From NCBI GenBank assembly GCA_051652765.1, contig JBOFUV010000036.1, forward strand, positions 11,253 through 75,252: DNA of 64,000 nt, written 5' to 3'. Below, piece after piece: positions 19,668 through 31,102 of this stretch (position 1 is the stretch's first letter; each line of letters starts with the position of its first letter). Source of the DNA: Microcoleaceae cyanobacterium (GTDB taxonomy: Bacteria > Cyanobacteriota > Cyanobacteriia > Cyanobacteriales > Microcoleaceae). Both the position numbers and the translations under genes were made by a program. The notes under the pieces were generated by a model. That model saw only the letters and a list, made by a program, of their open reading frames with translations. It ran no database searches and was not told the origin of the DNA.

Positions 19668-20990
19668 ATGTCAATGGTTAGTTTACCTGGATTAAAAGAT
19701 CTAATTCAAGGCATTTGTCAAGACCGCAACTTACCGAAGCAAGCGGTTGAAGAAGCGTTGCGCGAAGCACTGCTGAAAGGCTATGAACGATATCGGCGTA
19801 CCGTTCAAATGGATACTCAATTTAGTGAGGACTATTTCGACAATTTTGATGTTGAGTTGGATGTCGATGACGAAGGCTTTCGGGTACTCGCTAAAAACCT
19901 AGCAATTGTTGAAGAAGTGACCAGTCAGGATCACCAGATTTCCTTGGAAGATGTCCGAGAAGTCGCCCCAGAAGCTCAGCTTGGGGATACAGTTACCCTG
20001 GACGTGACCCCAGAAAAGAGCGAGTTTGGTCGCATGGCAGCAATTCAAGCTAAGCAGGTGCTTGCCCAAAAGCTACGGGACAAGCAACGCAAGATGATCC
20101 AGGATGAATTTAGAGAAATCGAAAATACGGTTTTGCAGGCACGGGTGCTGCGATTTGAACGGCAGTCTGTGATCATGTCAGTCACTAGCGGATTTGGTCA
20201 GATCGAAGTTGAAGCAGAACTGCCAAAACGGGAACAGTTGCCCAATGATAACTATCGGGCCAACGCCACCTTTAAAGTTTATCTCAAGCGAGTGTCCCAA
20301 GGTTCTCATCGAGGGCCTCAACTGGTTGTATCAAGGGCCGATGCGGGATTGGTCGTCTATCTGTTTGCCAACGAAGTGCCTGAAATTGAGGACGAAGTGG
20401 TACGAATTGTGGCCGTTGCTCGGGAGGCCAATCCTCCCTCTCACCATGTTGGCCCCCGCACGAAAATTGCCGTTGATACCCTGGATCGCGATGTTGATCC
20501 CGTTGGAGCCTGTATCGGGGCTCGGGGCTCTAGAATTCAAGTGGTAGTCAATGAGCTGCGAGGAGAGAAGATTGATGTGATTCGCTGGTCACCTGATCCA
20601 GCAACTTATATCGCCAATGCCTTAAGCCCAGCGCGAGTGGATGAAGTCCGTTTAGTCAATCCAGAGGAGCGTCGGGCTCACATTTTGGTGGCGGAAGATC
20701 AGTTAAGCTTGGCCATTGGCAAAGAGGGACAGAATGTTCGGCTAGCGGCTCGGCTCACCGGTTGGAAGATTGATATCAAAGATACCGCTAGATATGATTT
20801 CACAGCGGAGGATGCCAAGATTGCTGAACAACTGCAACACCAGGCAGACTTAGAAGCACAGAAAGAAGTACGAAGAGAAGAAGATGAATTTGAAGAAGCC
20901 ATTGAGCACAATCAGGAACTTGACATAGAAGTAGAGGAGTCAGATGAACTTAAAGCCGAACTTGAGGATGAGCCGGAAGACCTAAACTAG
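19668..20990 (+). CDS. nusA: Transcription termination/antitermination factor NusA
   Basis: FGRMAAIQAKQV, EVPEI, RTKIAV, DPVGACIGARGSRIQ, LAIGKEGQNVRLAARLTGWKIDI; RBS AGGAGG. Confidence 0.97.
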   Translation: MSMVSLPGLKDLIQGICQDRNLPKQAVEEALREALLKGYERYRRTVQMDTQFSEDYFDNFDVELDVDDEGFRVLAKNLAIVEEVTSQDHQISLEDVREVAPEAQLGDTVTLDVTPEKSEFGRMAAIQAKQVLAQKLRDKQRKMIQDEFREIENTVLQARVLRFERQSVIMSVTSGFGQIEVEAELPKREQLPNDNYRANATFKVYLKRVSQGSHRGPQLVVSRADAGLVVYLFANEVPEIEDEVVRIVAVAREANPPSHHVGPRTKIAVDTLDRDVDPVGACIGARGSRIQVVVNELRGEKIDVIRWSPDPATYIANALSPARVDEVRLVNPEERRAHILVAEDQLSLAIGKEGQNVRLAARLTGWKIDIKDTARYDFTAEDAKIAEQLQHQADLEAQKEVRREEDEFEEAIEHNQELDIEVEESDELKAELEDEPEDLN

Positions 20991-21223
20991 AAACCTTTGC
21001 TGGAAACCCCAGATGGAGATTCCGCTGAAAAACCTGAACTGAAGATCCAACCCTACAGATTCAAACCTAAAGATTCAAATCGGAAATGAAATTGGAAATT
21101 GAAATTGAGTTAGAATCTTAAACGTGAATTCTTAATGCCTCCCATTTTTTTGGGAACCCTTCAGAATTCTAGTTCTTCCCTATCTCCTCTTTTTACAGGT
21201 ACAGCCAGCTTGTTTTTTCTGAA

Positions 21224-21484
21224 ATGCCACCAAACTATCGTCGTTGTGTCACATGTCGAAAAGTTGCCCAAAAGGAGGCTTTTTGGCGGATTGTGAGGGA
21301 CTCCTCCTCTCATCAGGTACAATTGGACATAGGAATGGGGCGCTCGGCTTACCTTTGCCAAAACGCCGACTGCCTCAGGGCAGCTCAGAAGAAAGATCGA
21401 CTGGGACGCGCCTTAAAAGCTAAGATGCCGGAGACACTATACACAGTTCTCTGGGAACGCTTAACTCCTCATTTAGCTTCTTAA
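21224..21484 (+). CDS. ylxR: YlxR (DUF448) family RNA-binding protein
   Basis: RRCVTCR, GRSAYLC, LGRALK; located between nusA and infB. Confidence 0.92.
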   Translation: MPPNYRRCVTCRKVAQKEAFWRIVRDSSSHQVQLDIGMGRSAYLCQNADCLRAAQKKDRLGRALKAKMPETLYTVLWERLTPHLAS

Positions 21485-21653
21485 TCAAGCTCAGAAAACT
21501 TCTAGCTAACCTTGTGAAATTGGGGAATGTTTTCCTTAAAGATTTGGGTTTCTAGAGGCTAAGTGGAGAAAGTAGACAGAATTGTTGATTCCGATCAAAC
21601 AATGTCAATATAAGAAGAAGAGTTAAGGGCTGGTACGAAGAGGGTAAAAGTGG

Positions 21654-24600
21654 ATGAACAATGTCAAGGTTAGGATTTATGAACTTTCAAGGGAATTGAA
21701 TTTGGACAACAAAGATATCTTAGCAGTGTGTGAACGGCTCAACATCGCAGTGAAAAGCCACAGTAGCACCATCACAGAATCTGATGCAGAGCGAATCGAA
21801 AAATACGTTGTAAGTCATCCTATGCCTGGGAATCAGGAATCTAAACCGGAGCGTCCAAACTTCCCAACTAAAGGGTCAAGTTCGCAACCCATTGAGAAGA
21901 AGAAGCAGCAGATTCTTGAAGTTCGTAAGCCCAGAGGAGAGGCTGCATCTGCCAGGGAGTATCAGAGTTCAGAGGCTCCTCTGGGTTTAGCTGCTGCAAA
22001 TTCGTCAAATTCATCGTCTGCTCCTCCCAAGCCCCCAGCTCGTCCAGTTCTGAATCGCCCTGTTGTTCAGCCAAATTCGCTAACCCCCCCTGACTCGTTC
22101 AATCCTCTTGATTCATCCGATTCCGCTAATTCCTTCATCGCTCCTGAGCTACCTTCCCTTGACAGTTCAGACCCCGGTGAGCATTCTTCCGATACCCTAG
22201 AAGAAGTTCATGCTGTTGAGCAAGAGGTCACTGTTGCTCACGCCAAAGCTGTATCTGTTCAGCCTTCAAGACCAGAACCTCAGGCCAAATTGTTCTCTCC
22301 TCCGGCAAGACCACTCGCGGAAGCCCCACCGCCTGCTGAAACTGCAACACCACGACCTAGTGCGAATATTGCGAAGATTAAGCCGATTCTAAAAGTCGAT
22401 AAATCTACGCCTAAGCCTGTTGAGACTGGAGAGCCGCAAGTTACCAGAACTTCAGAAAAGCCCAGTATCAAGTCCAGCAAGCCCAAACCCTCAACGGGAT
22501 TGGAGCCCAGAGTTGCTAGGGACTCTGATTCTAAGGATGTGGCGGGATTCAAGAAACCTCGTCGGGAAATCACAGCTCTGCAGCCGAAATCTTCGATTCC
22601 AGAGCTACATCGTCCCCCAGATCGAACGTCAACCACTCCAGCATCCCTTGAAGATGACCCGGAATCAGCTACATCTGAGCCTGACTTGGCATTGACGGAT
22701 GACTTGAGTGAGGAAGGTATTCGCTTGCGTCGAGAGGCTCTTCAGCCCAAGCAGCGCTTGCAGCTACCTCAAGGGCCGAAGAAACCGGGCTGGGAAGAGG
22801 AAGAGGAAGATACAACAGATGCTGCGGCTAAAGTTGCTAAAACTGCAAAGACTAAGGTGAAGCGATCACGCAAGCCCCTTGTCGATGAGGATGAAGATGA
22901 TGACGATGATGACGGAACGGCAAACGGTGAACAGGAAACAGTGTTAAGTCTGTCTCTAGCCCGCCCGCCCAAGCCCAAGAATATGCAAGCACCAACCAGC
23001 AAGCCTACTGCAACTCCTACCCGGTCGAAGAAACCTGGCCCCTCTCGCGGTAATGCCAACAGTAACAACAACAATGGTGCTGCCGCAGCTTCTACCTCCT
23101 CTCGCAATAAGGCGGCTAGCCCAGCAGCTCCTCAACGACCAGAAAAGCTAATTTTAGAAGAGGCATTAACAGTTCAGGAACTGGCAAATTCTCTGGCAGT
23201 GTCGGAGACAGAAATTATTAAGTTGTTATTCTCCCGAGGGATCGCTGTCAACATTACAGAAACCCTTGATTTCAACAGCATTGACCTGATCTGTCAGACC
23301 CTAGAGGTCAAATTAGAAACAGCCGAGAAGAAATCTGGGGCTCAAAAAACAGATGTTATTTCAGAGGAAGATCTTGACCACCTCCAGCGCCGTCCACCTG
23401 TTGTGACCATTATGGGTCACGTTGACCACGGAAAAACAACCCTATTGGATGCAATCCGAGCAACGAAAGTTGCTCAGGGAGAGGCCGGAGGGATTACCCA
23501 GCACATTGGGGCTTACCATGTTGATGTTGAACATGAGGGGGCAATGCAACAGGTTGTCTTCCTAGATACCCCAGGTCACGAAGCCTTTACCGCTATGCGG
23601 GCTAGGGGTGCGAAAGTTACAGATATTGCTGTGCTAGTCGTGGCGGCGGATGATGGGGTTCGACCCCAAACCATTGAAGCGATTAGCCATGCTAAAGCGG
23701 CTGGGGTTCCGATTGTAGTTGCGATCAACAAGATTGACAAGGAAACCGCCAACCCTGAGAGAGTGAAACAGGAACTCACAGAGTATGGTCTTGTTTCAGA
23801 AGAATGGGGCGGCGAAACCATCATGGTTCCAGTGAGCGCCATTCGAAAAGAAAACCTTGATCAACTGCTCGAAATGTTGCTACTCGTCTCTGAGGTTGCT
23901 GATTTAGAGGCGAATCCAGACCGACTTGCGAGAGGAACGGTCATTGAAGCCAATCTTGATAAAGCCCGAGGCCCAGTTGCAACCCTGTTAGTTCAGAATG
24001 GAACCCTGCGAGTTGGAGATGTGATTGTTGCAGGCCCAGTCTATGGGAAAGTTCGAGCCATGGTAGACGATCGTGGGGCTCATGTAGAAGCAGCAACTCC
24101 CTCCTTTGCCGTTGAGATTCTAGGACTGAGAGAAGTTCCAGCAGCGGGAGATGAGTTTGAAGTCTACGACAGTGAGAAAGAAGCCTCTGCAATTGCGGCT
24201 CAGCGGGCTGAAGTGAAGCGTCAGTCTCGGATCACCCAAGGTCGAATTAGCCTGAGTGCCCTATCAGCTCGTGTTCAAGAAGGGGAGTTGAAGGAACTCA
24301 ATTTGATCCTCAAGTCTGATGTTCAAGGCTCCTTGGAAGCGATTGTTACGGCCCTGAAGAAACTGCCTCAGAAGGAAGTCCAACTCAAGCTCTTGATGGC
24401 TGCTCCTGGAGAAGTCACTGAGACAGACGTAGACTTGGCTGCAGCCAGTGATGCTGTTTTGATTGGATTCAATACAACTCTGGCAAATGGCGCTCGTCAG
24501 GCTGCTGATCAGGCCGGGGTCGATATTCGAGAATACAACATTATCTATAACCTCTTGGACGATGTCCAGGCTGCTATGGAAGGTCTCCTAGAACCTGAAC

Positions 24601-24905
24601 TGGTCGAAGAACCCTTGGGCGAGGTTGAGGTTCGGGCTGTGTTCCCGGTGGGACGCAATAAGGTTGCTGGATGTTATGTCCTGTCTGGCAAGATTATTCG
24701 GAACTGCAAAGTTCGAGTCCATCGGAAGACTGAGCTAGTCCATGAAGGAGCACTGGACTCCTTGAAACGGATGAAGGAGGATGCGAAGGAGGTCAATGCC
24801 GGGTACGAATGTGGAATTGGTATCGATCGCTTCAACGATTGGATTGAAGGTGATATTATCGAAGCCTACCGCATGGTAACCAAGCGACGGACTCTGTCTA
24901 CTTAA
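21654..24905 (+). CDS. infB: Translation initiation factor IF-2
   Basis: [12 protein letters not shown]-terminus, [36 protein letters not shown]. Confidence 0.98.
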   Translation: MNNVKVRIYELSRELNLDNKDILAVCERLNIAVKSHSSTITESDAERIEKYVVSHPMPGNQESKPERPNFPTKGSSSQPIEKKKQQILEVRKPRGEAASAREYQSSEAPLGLAAANSSNSSSAPPKPPARPVLNRPVVQPNSLTPPDSFNPLDSSDSANSFIAPELPSLDSSDPGEHSSDTLEEVHAVEQEVTVAHAKAVSVQPSRPEPQAKLFSPPARPLAEAPPPAETATPRPSANIAKIKPILKVDKSTPKPVETGEPQVTRTSEKPSIKSSKPKPSTGLEPRVARDSDSKDVAGFKKPRREITALQPKSSIPELHRPPDRTSTTPASLEDDPESATSEPDLALTDDLSEEGIRLRREALQPKQRLQLPQGPKKPGWEEEEEDTTDAAAKVAKTAKTKVKRSRKPLVDEDEDDDDDDGTANGEQETVLSLSLARPPKPKNMQAPTSKPTATPTRSKKPGPSRGNANSNNNNGAAAASTSSRNKAASPAAPQRPEKLILEEALTVQELANSLAVSETEIIKLLFSRGIAVNITETLDFNSIDLICQTLEVKLETAEKKSGAQKTDVISEEDLDHLQRRPPVVTIMGHVDHGKTTLLDAIRATKVAQGEAGGITQHIGAYHVDVEHEGAMQQVVFLDTPGHEAFTAMRARGAKVTDIAVLVVAADDGVRPQTIEAISHAKAAGVPIVVAINKIDKETANPERVKQELTEYGLVSEEWGGETIMVPVSAIRKENLDQLLEMLLLVSEVADLEANPDRLARGTVIEANLDKARGPVATLLVQNGTLRVGDVIVAGPVYGKVRAMVDDRGAHVEAATPSFAVEILGLREVPAAGDEFEVYDSEKEASAIAAQRAEVKRQSRITQGRISLSALSARVQEGELKELNLILKSDVQGSLEAIVTALKKLPQKEVQLKLLMAAPGEVTETDVDLAAASDAVLIGFNTTLANGARQAADQAGVDIREYNIIYNLLDDVQAAMEGLLEPELVEEPLGEVEVRAVFPVGRNKVAGCYVLSGKIIRNCKVRVHRKTELVHEGALDSLKRMKEDAKEVNAGYECGIGIDRFNDWIEGDIIEAYRMVTKRRTLST

Positions 24906-24958
24906 GTTTTCTACTTAAGCCTTTTGCTTGAACGATCAAAGAATTTAGGAGATCGGCC

Positions 24959-25552
24959 CTGGTTTATACCCGTCCTTTAGCGCGTCTGATTGAGCAACTG
25001 CAACGATTGCCGGGGGTTGGCCCCAAGTCGGCACAGCGGATTGCGTTGCATATGATTAAGCGTTCAGATGAGGAAGTGGAAGCCTTGGCTCAAGCTTTGA
25101 TTGATGCAAAGAAGCAAGTGGGGACTTGCCGAATTTGTTATCACCTCTCCGCTGAATCCACCTGTGAAATTTGTCGTAATCCTCAACGGGAGGACGAAAC
25201 CCTGTGTGTTGTTTCTGAATCACGGGATCTAATTGCGATTGAAAAAACCAGGGAATACCGAGGTAAGTATCATGTTCTGGGCGGTGTAATTTCTCCAATG
25301 GATGGCATTGGCCCAGAACAACTCACGATTCATCAATTGATCCAACGGGTCAGTCAGCAGGAAATTCAGGAAGTGATTATCGCGATTAGTCCCAGCGTAG
25401 AAGGGGAAACCACGACCCTTTATCTGGGACAGTTGCTCAAGCCCTTTACTCGCGTGACTCGGATTGCCTTTGGCTTGCCGATGGGGGGCGATTTGGAATA
25501 CGCCGATGAAGTGACTTTGGCAAGAGCTTTAGAAGGACGGCAGGAACTATAG
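24959..25552 (+). CDS. recR: Recombination mediator RecR
   Basis: [25 protein letters not shown], CxxC-CxxC zinc finger, YHVLGG, EGETT, YADEVTL. Homology extends upstream of the ORF-track TTG to CTG 24959/GTT 24962. Confidence 0.93.
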   Translation: MVYTRPLARLIEQLQRLPGVGPKSAQRIALHMIKRSDEEVEALAQALIDAKKQVGTCRICYHLSAESTCEICRNPQREDETLCVVSESRDLIAIEKTREYRGKYHVLGGVISPMDGIGPEQLTIHQLIQRVSQQEIQEVIIAISPSVEGETTTLYLGQLLKPFTRVTRIAFGLPMGGDLEYADEVTLARALEGRQEL

Positions 25553-25558
25553 ATCCCG

Positions 25559-26196
25559 TTACATAACCCGGCTCCAGATGGCCAGTCCTCCTTCCCGTCC
25601 CCGTGCGGCAGCAACCCGTTCGGTAATCCAGAAGTAGGCAAAAAATGCTTGTTTGCTAACCGGGTCTGAGTCGAATCCTGCTTCACGGGCAGCACCACTT
25701 CGAACATAGCCCTGATAAAGGTCTTGACTCAAAGCTTGAACCCTGAGTCGGGTAAAGTCAAAGGCCAGAATATTTTTGGGGGCCAGAAACTTAATGGGGC
25801 CAGCGACTGCAAGTTGGAGCAAACCAAGTTCTACAGAATTGTTGACTTGACCCTGTTCCGGTCGAAGATTTAACGGCTTTGACTCAGCCTGATCAGACTT
25901 GGAACTAAAGTCGTAGGCAATTTGAATTTTGACCCAGCGGGGAACATACCATCCCGCGCCTAAAAAGCACCGAAGCGGCTATTCACTTTCTGTGTTCCCG
26001 TGATGAAACACAAGCGCCACATGCCTTGCAACTGTTCAAAAGGGTAATGATGATTGTGTTGTCTCGTTGCTTTTTCGCGCTGGAGGAGTGCCTTTACAAC
26101 GGTCTCGGCTGAGGGTCTAGCTGAATTCTGGGTGACTGCTGTAGCAGCTTGGTACAGCACGAGTTCACTCTGAGTTAATTCGGTCAAGGGGGACAA
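25559..26196 (-). pseudogene. Cyanobacterial hypothetical protein (PAP-fibrillin/lipocalin-like) split by a 1-nt frameshift in an A5/T5 run
   Basis: ORFs 25960..26196 and 25559..25822 join into one open frame if one T is added at 25962-25966 (...FGAFLGAGWYVPRWVKIQIAY...LAFDF...GREGGLAIW). Confidence 0.75.
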
Positions 26197-26292
26197 CTCC
26201 TAATGCTTTCTGTTAGTTAATTTTAATGGGTCAGGACGGGGCTTGCTTCGGCGGGGATTGGGCAATCTCTAAACGGTGACCTCCAAAACTAC

Positions 26293-26374
26293 GATGAGAA
26301 TTGAGATTAAAACTGGAATTAAAATTGGGATAAGAATTGGAATTAAAATTGGGATGAGAATTGGGATGAGAATT
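26293..26374. repeat. Degenerate 12-bp tandem repeat (GATGAGAATTGG-like) x~7
   Basis: Read directly. Confidence 0.85.
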
Positions 26375-26595
26375 ATTAATATTTAAAGGTTGAACACTAG
26401 GTCTAGGGGTATTGCCTGAAACAGCAACACTACATTTAGGGTTTTTTCTATTTATTTAAACATCAAAAGATGGACTGAATTTGACTAGACTGATCCGATT
26501 AATCTCTAGATTTGCTATTCTAGACTAGAACATCAAGAACTACAAATTAGAGTAACGATGTCTTAGCTTAAGCAGATTACTCCTCGGATTTCGAT

Positions 26596-29500
26596 ATGAT
26601 TCCCAGACATCTTAGCCTGAAAAATTTTCTGAGTTACCGGGAGGCTAGCCTTAATTTTTCTGGTCTTCATACTGCTTGTATTTGCGGCCCTAACGGTTCA
26701 GGAAAATCTTCTTTATTAGAAGCGATCGCCTGGGCAGTTTGGGGAAATAGTCGAGCGGCTACGGAAGATGATTTGATTCATATGGGGGAAATAGAAATGC
26801 AAGTTGACTTCATTTTTGTTAGTCATTGCATTCTCTATCGAATCATTCGCAACCGACGGCGGAATCAGGTGGGCACATTAGAATTTCAAGTCGCAACGAA
26901 TTCAATCCAGGTGATTGAGCAGAATCAAGTTGCCCAATTTCGCGCCCTGACTGAACGGGGAATGCGAGCCACCCAACAAAAAATTCAGGATGCTCTCAAG
27001 CTAGACTACGACACGTTTATCAACTCCGCTTACCTGCGGCAGGGGCGGGCTGATGAGTTCATGTTGAAACGACCCACCGACCGCAAAGAAATTCTGGCAA
27101 GTCTGCTGAAACTCGATGAATACGAAGTGTTAGCAGAACGGGCGAAGGATCTATCCAAGCACTACAAAGGGCAACTGGAATCACTGCAACAGACTTTGAC
27201 CTCAATCCAAGCGCAGTTGCAACGCCGAGACAGTATTGACCTAGAGATTGCCCAACTAGAGGCCAATTTTCACGACTTGCAAACCCTGCAAGCCTCAGAT
27301 CAGACTCAGCTCCAAGGGCTACAAACCCAACACCATGACCGTCAAACCTGGGTGCAGTTTCGGGAGCAAGACCAACACCAACACCAAGCAATTGTCCAGG
27401 AACAACAACGGTGGCAACAAGAACTCAACATCACTCAGCAACATCTGATCGAACTTCAGGGGATTTTGCAGCAGGAAACCCAAATTCGAGCCGGGTTTAG
27501 CCAGTTGCAACGATTACAAACCGCAGAAGAAACCCTGGCAAAAAAGCTAAAAATCCATCAAGACACCACCACCCAACACCAACACCTGCAAAACCAGCAG
27601 CAACAGCAAGCTTACGCCTTGCAACAGCAGATTCAGACCATAACTGCTCGGCTTGAGGCATTGCGACAGCAGGAAACCGAATATGCCGAAGTATTGCAAC
27701 ACCAGTCAGAGATTAGTAAGGGCTTAGCCCAACTCCAGATTGCCCGCGATCGCCTGAATCACCTGGATCAACTACACCTGCAAGTGACCCCCTTACTCCA
27801 ACACCGCCAACAGCTTCAAACTCAACTCGATCGGCTCCAAGCCCGACAAAGTGCTCGATTGGAAGAAGTATCTGCGTTGATCAAACAACTGCACCAAAAC
27901 TTGCAGGGAAAGTCCAAGCTGCATCATCAGTTTAAGGAAGTGGGAGAACGCATTGCTGAACTCGAGAAAAAACAAACCTATCAACAACAAGTTCTTGAAA
28001 AAGGTCAGGAACGCCGCAGTTTCATTGATAGCCTCAACCATCGCCAACAGGATCACGAAGGGCTGCTAGCAGAACTGAACCAAAAGGTGGCCTTGCTCGA
28101 AGCCCCCACCCGCACTAACACCGAGGGGGAAGTCACCCTGGCGATTCCCCAATGTCCTCTGTGCGATCGCCCCTTGGACGATCACCATCTGCGTTTGGTG
28201 ATTCGCAAGCATCGTCACCAGCAAAAAACGATTCGAGATCAAATTTGGGTCATTAATGAACAATTGGCTGCTTCGGAACAGGAAATTCAAGTTTTGCGGG
28301 AGGAGTATCGCCACCTGGATCGAGAACTCAGTCACTACGACACCTGGCGAGAACGGCGAGGAGAAGTGCAGGCTCAACTAGCAGCCCTAGATCAACAAAG
28401 CATCCAGTTGAATCAACTCAAATCTGAAGCGGCAACCTTGGCCCGATCCCTGCAAACCGGAGATTATGCCCCCGAACTCCACACTGACCTCAAGTCCCTG
28501 GATCAACAAATCCAAGCCCTCGATTACCATGACCAAACCCATGCCCTGGCCCGCAATGAGGAAAAACGATGGCGCTGGGCAGAAATCAAGCAGAGTCACC
28601 TGCGAGAAGCCAAAACAAAACTGACCCGGATTCAAGCTCAGAAACCAGAACTCGAAGCCCAACTCACCACCCTGAACAACCAACTCACCCAGTTGCAAAC
28701 TGATTCTGACCTGCAATGTCAAATTGTGGCGTTGCAGCACCGATTAGATCAAATTAACTATTCCTTCGATGAACACACCCGGATTCGGTCGGCTCTGCGA
28801 CAGGCTCAACAATTTTTAGCCCAGGTAGACAAACTCAATACAGCCCAGGAACAGCTTCCCAAACTACAACAGCGATTCACAGAAATTCAACAGGGGATGC
28901 AACAGCGATCGCAAGATCTGCAAACGGTTCAGACTCAAATCAATCAGTGGGATCAAAAGCTACAACAGACTTCAGATCCAGCCGCTCACCTTCAAACCCT
29001 GGAAGATCAAATTCAACAACGGCGACGGCAGATGGATGCAGTCCTCAGTCAGTTAGGCAGCTTGAAACAGCAAAAAGCCAATTTAGAGACCTTGAACACT
29101 GAATCTCAAGACAAGCTCGAGCACCTGACAACCCTTCGCCGTCAATTGCGAATTCATCAAGAATTAGCCCAAGCCTTTGGCAAAAATGGGATTCAAGCCT
29201 TGATGATTGAAAATGTTCTACCCCAGCTTGAGGTTGAAAGTAATCACATTCTAGCCCGTCTCTCCGCTAGCCAGTTGCATGTTCAGTTCGTGACCCAGCG
29301 CACAGGTCGCAGTAGCCGTTCTGCCAAAAAAACAGCCAAGTTGATCGATACCCTGGAAATTCTGATTGCCGATATTCAGGGCACTCGACCCTACGAAACC
29401 TATTCCGGAGGAGAGGCATTTCGAATTAACTTTGCGATTCGGTTGGCTCTAGCTAAGCTCCTAGCCCAACGAGCTGGAGCTGCGTTGCAACTGCTGATTA

Positions 29501-29688
29501 TTGATGAAGGATTTGGAACTCAGGATGCGGAAGGGTGCGATCGCCTGATTGCGGCAATTAACGCGATTGCCCATGAGTTTGCCTGTATTCTGACTGTGAC
29601 TCACATTCCCTATCTCAAGGAAGCGTTTCAGGCTCGAATTGAAGTTAGAAAAACTGACCAAGGCTCTCAATTGAGATTATCCGTTTGA
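26596..29688 (+). CDS. sbcC: SbcC/Rad50-like exonuclease ATPase subunit
   Basis: LKNFLSY, GPNGSGKSS, YLRQG, long coiled coil with CPLC zinc hook, YSGGE signature, LIIDEGFGTQD, VTH. Confidence 0.95.
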   Translation: MIPRHLSLKNFLSYREASLNFSGLHTACICGPNGSGKSSLLEAIAWAVWGNSRAATEDDLIHMGEIEMQVDFIFVSHCILYRIIRNRRRNQVGTLEFQVATNSIQVIEQNQVAQFRALTERGMRATQQKIQDALKLDYDTFINSAYLRQGRADEFMLKRPTDRKEILASLLKLDEYEVLAERAKDLSKHYKGQLESLQQTLTSIQAQLQRRDSIDLEIAQLEANFHDLQTLQASDQTQLQGLQTQHHDRQTWVQFREQDQHQHQAIVQEQQRWQQELNITQQHLIELQGILQQETQIRAGFSQLQRLQTAEETLAKKLKIHQDTTTQHQHLQNQQQQQAYALQQQIQTITARLEALRQQETEYAEVLQHQSEISKGLAQLQIARDRLNHLDQLHLQVTPLLQHRQQLQTQLDRLQARQSARLEEVSALIKQLHQNLQGKSKLHHQFKEVGERIAELEKKQTYQQQVLEKGQERRSFIDSLNHRQQDHEGLLAELNQKVALLEAPTRTNTEGEVTLAIPQCPLCDRPLDDHHLRLVIRKHRHQQKTIRDQIWVINEQLAASEQEIQVLREEYRHLDRELSHYDTWRERRGEVQAQLAALDQQSIQLNQLKSEAATLARSLQTGDYAPELHTDLKSLDQQIQALDYHDQTHALARNEEKRWRWAEIKQSHLREAKTKLTRIQAQKPELEAQLTTLNNQLTQLQTDSDLQCQIVALQHRLDQINYSFDEHTRIRSALRQAQQFLAQVDKLNTAQEQLPKLQQRFTEIQQGMQQRSQDLQTVQTQINQWDQKLQQTSDPAAHLQTLEDQIQQRRRQMDAVLSQLGSLKQQKANLETLNTESQDKLEHLTTLRRQLRIHQELAQAFGKNGIQALMIENVLPQLEVESNHILARLSASQLHVQFVTQRTGRSSRSAKKTAKLIDTLEILIADIQGTRPYETYSGGEAFRINFAIRLALAKLLAQRAGAALQLLIIDEGFGTQDAEGCDRLIAAINAIAHEFACILTVTHIPYLKEAFQARIEVRKTDQGSQLRLSV

Positions 29689-29952
29689 GGATCATAATTA
29701 ATTCACCGCTAATTCATGATTAGTTCGTAGTTAAGATACCTCACCCACAACCCGAGAAAAAACTGAAAGTGATTGAAGTTAACAGTAGAGAGGTTAACTC
29801 ACAAAGATTGCAGAGACAAACTGTAGAGCAGAGCTTTCAAAACGATGCAACAAATCAACTCGTAAACCCTATAAACAAACATCTTCAACAGAGTCAGGGA
29901 ACTGGTTTTGAAATCCTATGCACCCTGGTCGGTAGCAAAGAACAGCCAGAAT

Positions 29953-30663
29953 TTACTCGGGGCTACGTTGGTAAGCTGGAAGACAAATGAGATTATCGTC
30001 CTGAGTATGAATCAGACCTTGTTGACGCAGTTTGCCCATCAGACGAGTGACCGTCACTCGGGTTGAACCAATGGCACTACCAATTTGAGAATGGGTTAAA
30101 GGCCAAGGGAGACAATATCCCTGAAATTCATTGGCCCCGTTGCCACTGGTGTAATATTCCCCATACTCTTCAATCAAGAGGGTGAGAAACCCCAAAAGTC
30201 GGTCAATGGTACGGCGTTGTCCCAAAGTACTGAGCCATAGTAGCTTGCGCTGATGCTGATAGCGGAATGCATCCAATACCTCCCGACGAAAATGAGGCCA
30301 GTTATCTAGATCGTTCCAATACATCCAAATGACATTGGTGTCTTCAGCATGGGCATAGGCACCCAACGAAAACGGAGACTGAGCGACGAGTTCAAAGGGT
30401 TGCCCTGCTCCGACGAATCCTAAAAAGGCTTCATCTAGAGAGCGACTTGCAACACCTGTATTGCCGCTCGCGGTATTCAGTTGAGCACTTCCCACAAGCC
30501 GAACTGACCCTCGTTGAACGAGATAAAGCAACCCTGGACGGGCAGGAATACGCTCATCTTTCTCAAAGCTGCGACAGCGATAGTGTTCCTTGGCCCAATC
30601 AATGATGCGCTGCCAAGTCAGAAAAGGTCGAGTGGCTTCTGGGACGATAGAGGTTGATTGCAT
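29953..30663 (-). CDS. devH: Crp/Fnr family transcriptional regulator DevH
   Basis: RPFLTWQRIIDWAKEHYRCR...PARPGLLYLVQRG, FRYQHQRKLLWL and HTH LTHSQIGSAIGSTRVTVTR closely match Anabaena DevH as I recall it. Confidence 0.85.
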   Translation of the reverse strand: MQSTSIVPEATRPFLTWQRIIDWAKEHYRCRSFEKDERIPARPGLLYLVQRGSVRLVGSAQLNTASGNTGVASRSLDEAFLGFVGAGQPFELVAQSPFSLGAYAHAEDTNVIWMYWNDLDNWPHFRREVLDAFRYQHQRKLLWLSTLGQRRTIDRLLGFLTLLIEEYGEYYTSGNGANEFQGYCLPWPLTHSQIGSAIGSTRVTVTRLMGKLRQQGLIHTQDDNLICLPAYQRSPE

Positions 30664-30815
30664 AAGATTCAGTTTCACGAGAGTTCAAGAACGGCAGACG
30701 GACTGCTCTGGAGTAACTAAGTTGATAGAGGGCGCAGGCTGTAGCACTCGGCCTAAGCATCAAATGAAACATAGAAGCCAAGCCTCGAGGCTACAAAATC
30801 TAACGACTCCACCAA

Positions 30816-30831
30816 TGTAACAAAAAACACA
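30816..30831. promoter_or_regulatory. NtcA-like site upstream of devH
   Basis: TGTA-ACAAAAAA-CACA, one mismatch to TGTA-N8-TACA. Confidence 0.45.
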
Positions 30832-31102
30832 ATCTACAAGCTACATCATGTCAATTTATACCCCTCCCTTTCTAGCCTAGGCTACAAGTGTCTTATACTA
30901 GACTATGTTATCTTATACAGGATGTCTACGTAAATTGATGACCCAGTACTTCATGGATCTCGATAGGTCAGGGGTTTGAGGTATCTTGTAATTAAGTCTG
31001 TGTTCAGGTAGTGGACAGTTCATCAACGGACGGTTAATAATCAGCAGTTCATCAACAGAAGGTTGGGCAATTCAGTATTTTCTGAGAGAAGTCCTCTGTA
31101 GC

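Noticed and set aside
21868..24192. Several short ORFs within infB
   Set aside because: Shadow frames of the low-complexity IF-2 sequence.
26293..26374. Repeat cluster as a mini-CRISPR or iteron array
   Set aside because: Contiguous 12-bp low-complexity units with no spacers and no rep or cas gene nearby.
26526..26541. Possible LexA box upstream of sbcC (GAAC-N5-GAAC)
   Set aside because: Spacing and sequence do not fit the cyanobacterial RGTAC-N3-DGTWC consensus.
19250..26700. HIP1-poor stretch as evidence of horizontal transfer
   Set aside because: Covers core nusA-infB-recR genes, so HIP1 gaps alone are not diagnostic here.
26596..29688. SMC-like ATPase as a defence system (Wadjet/Lamassu)
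   Set aside because: Typical SbcC with a zinc hook and no partner genes; unlinked sbcC and sbcD is common in cyanobacteria.
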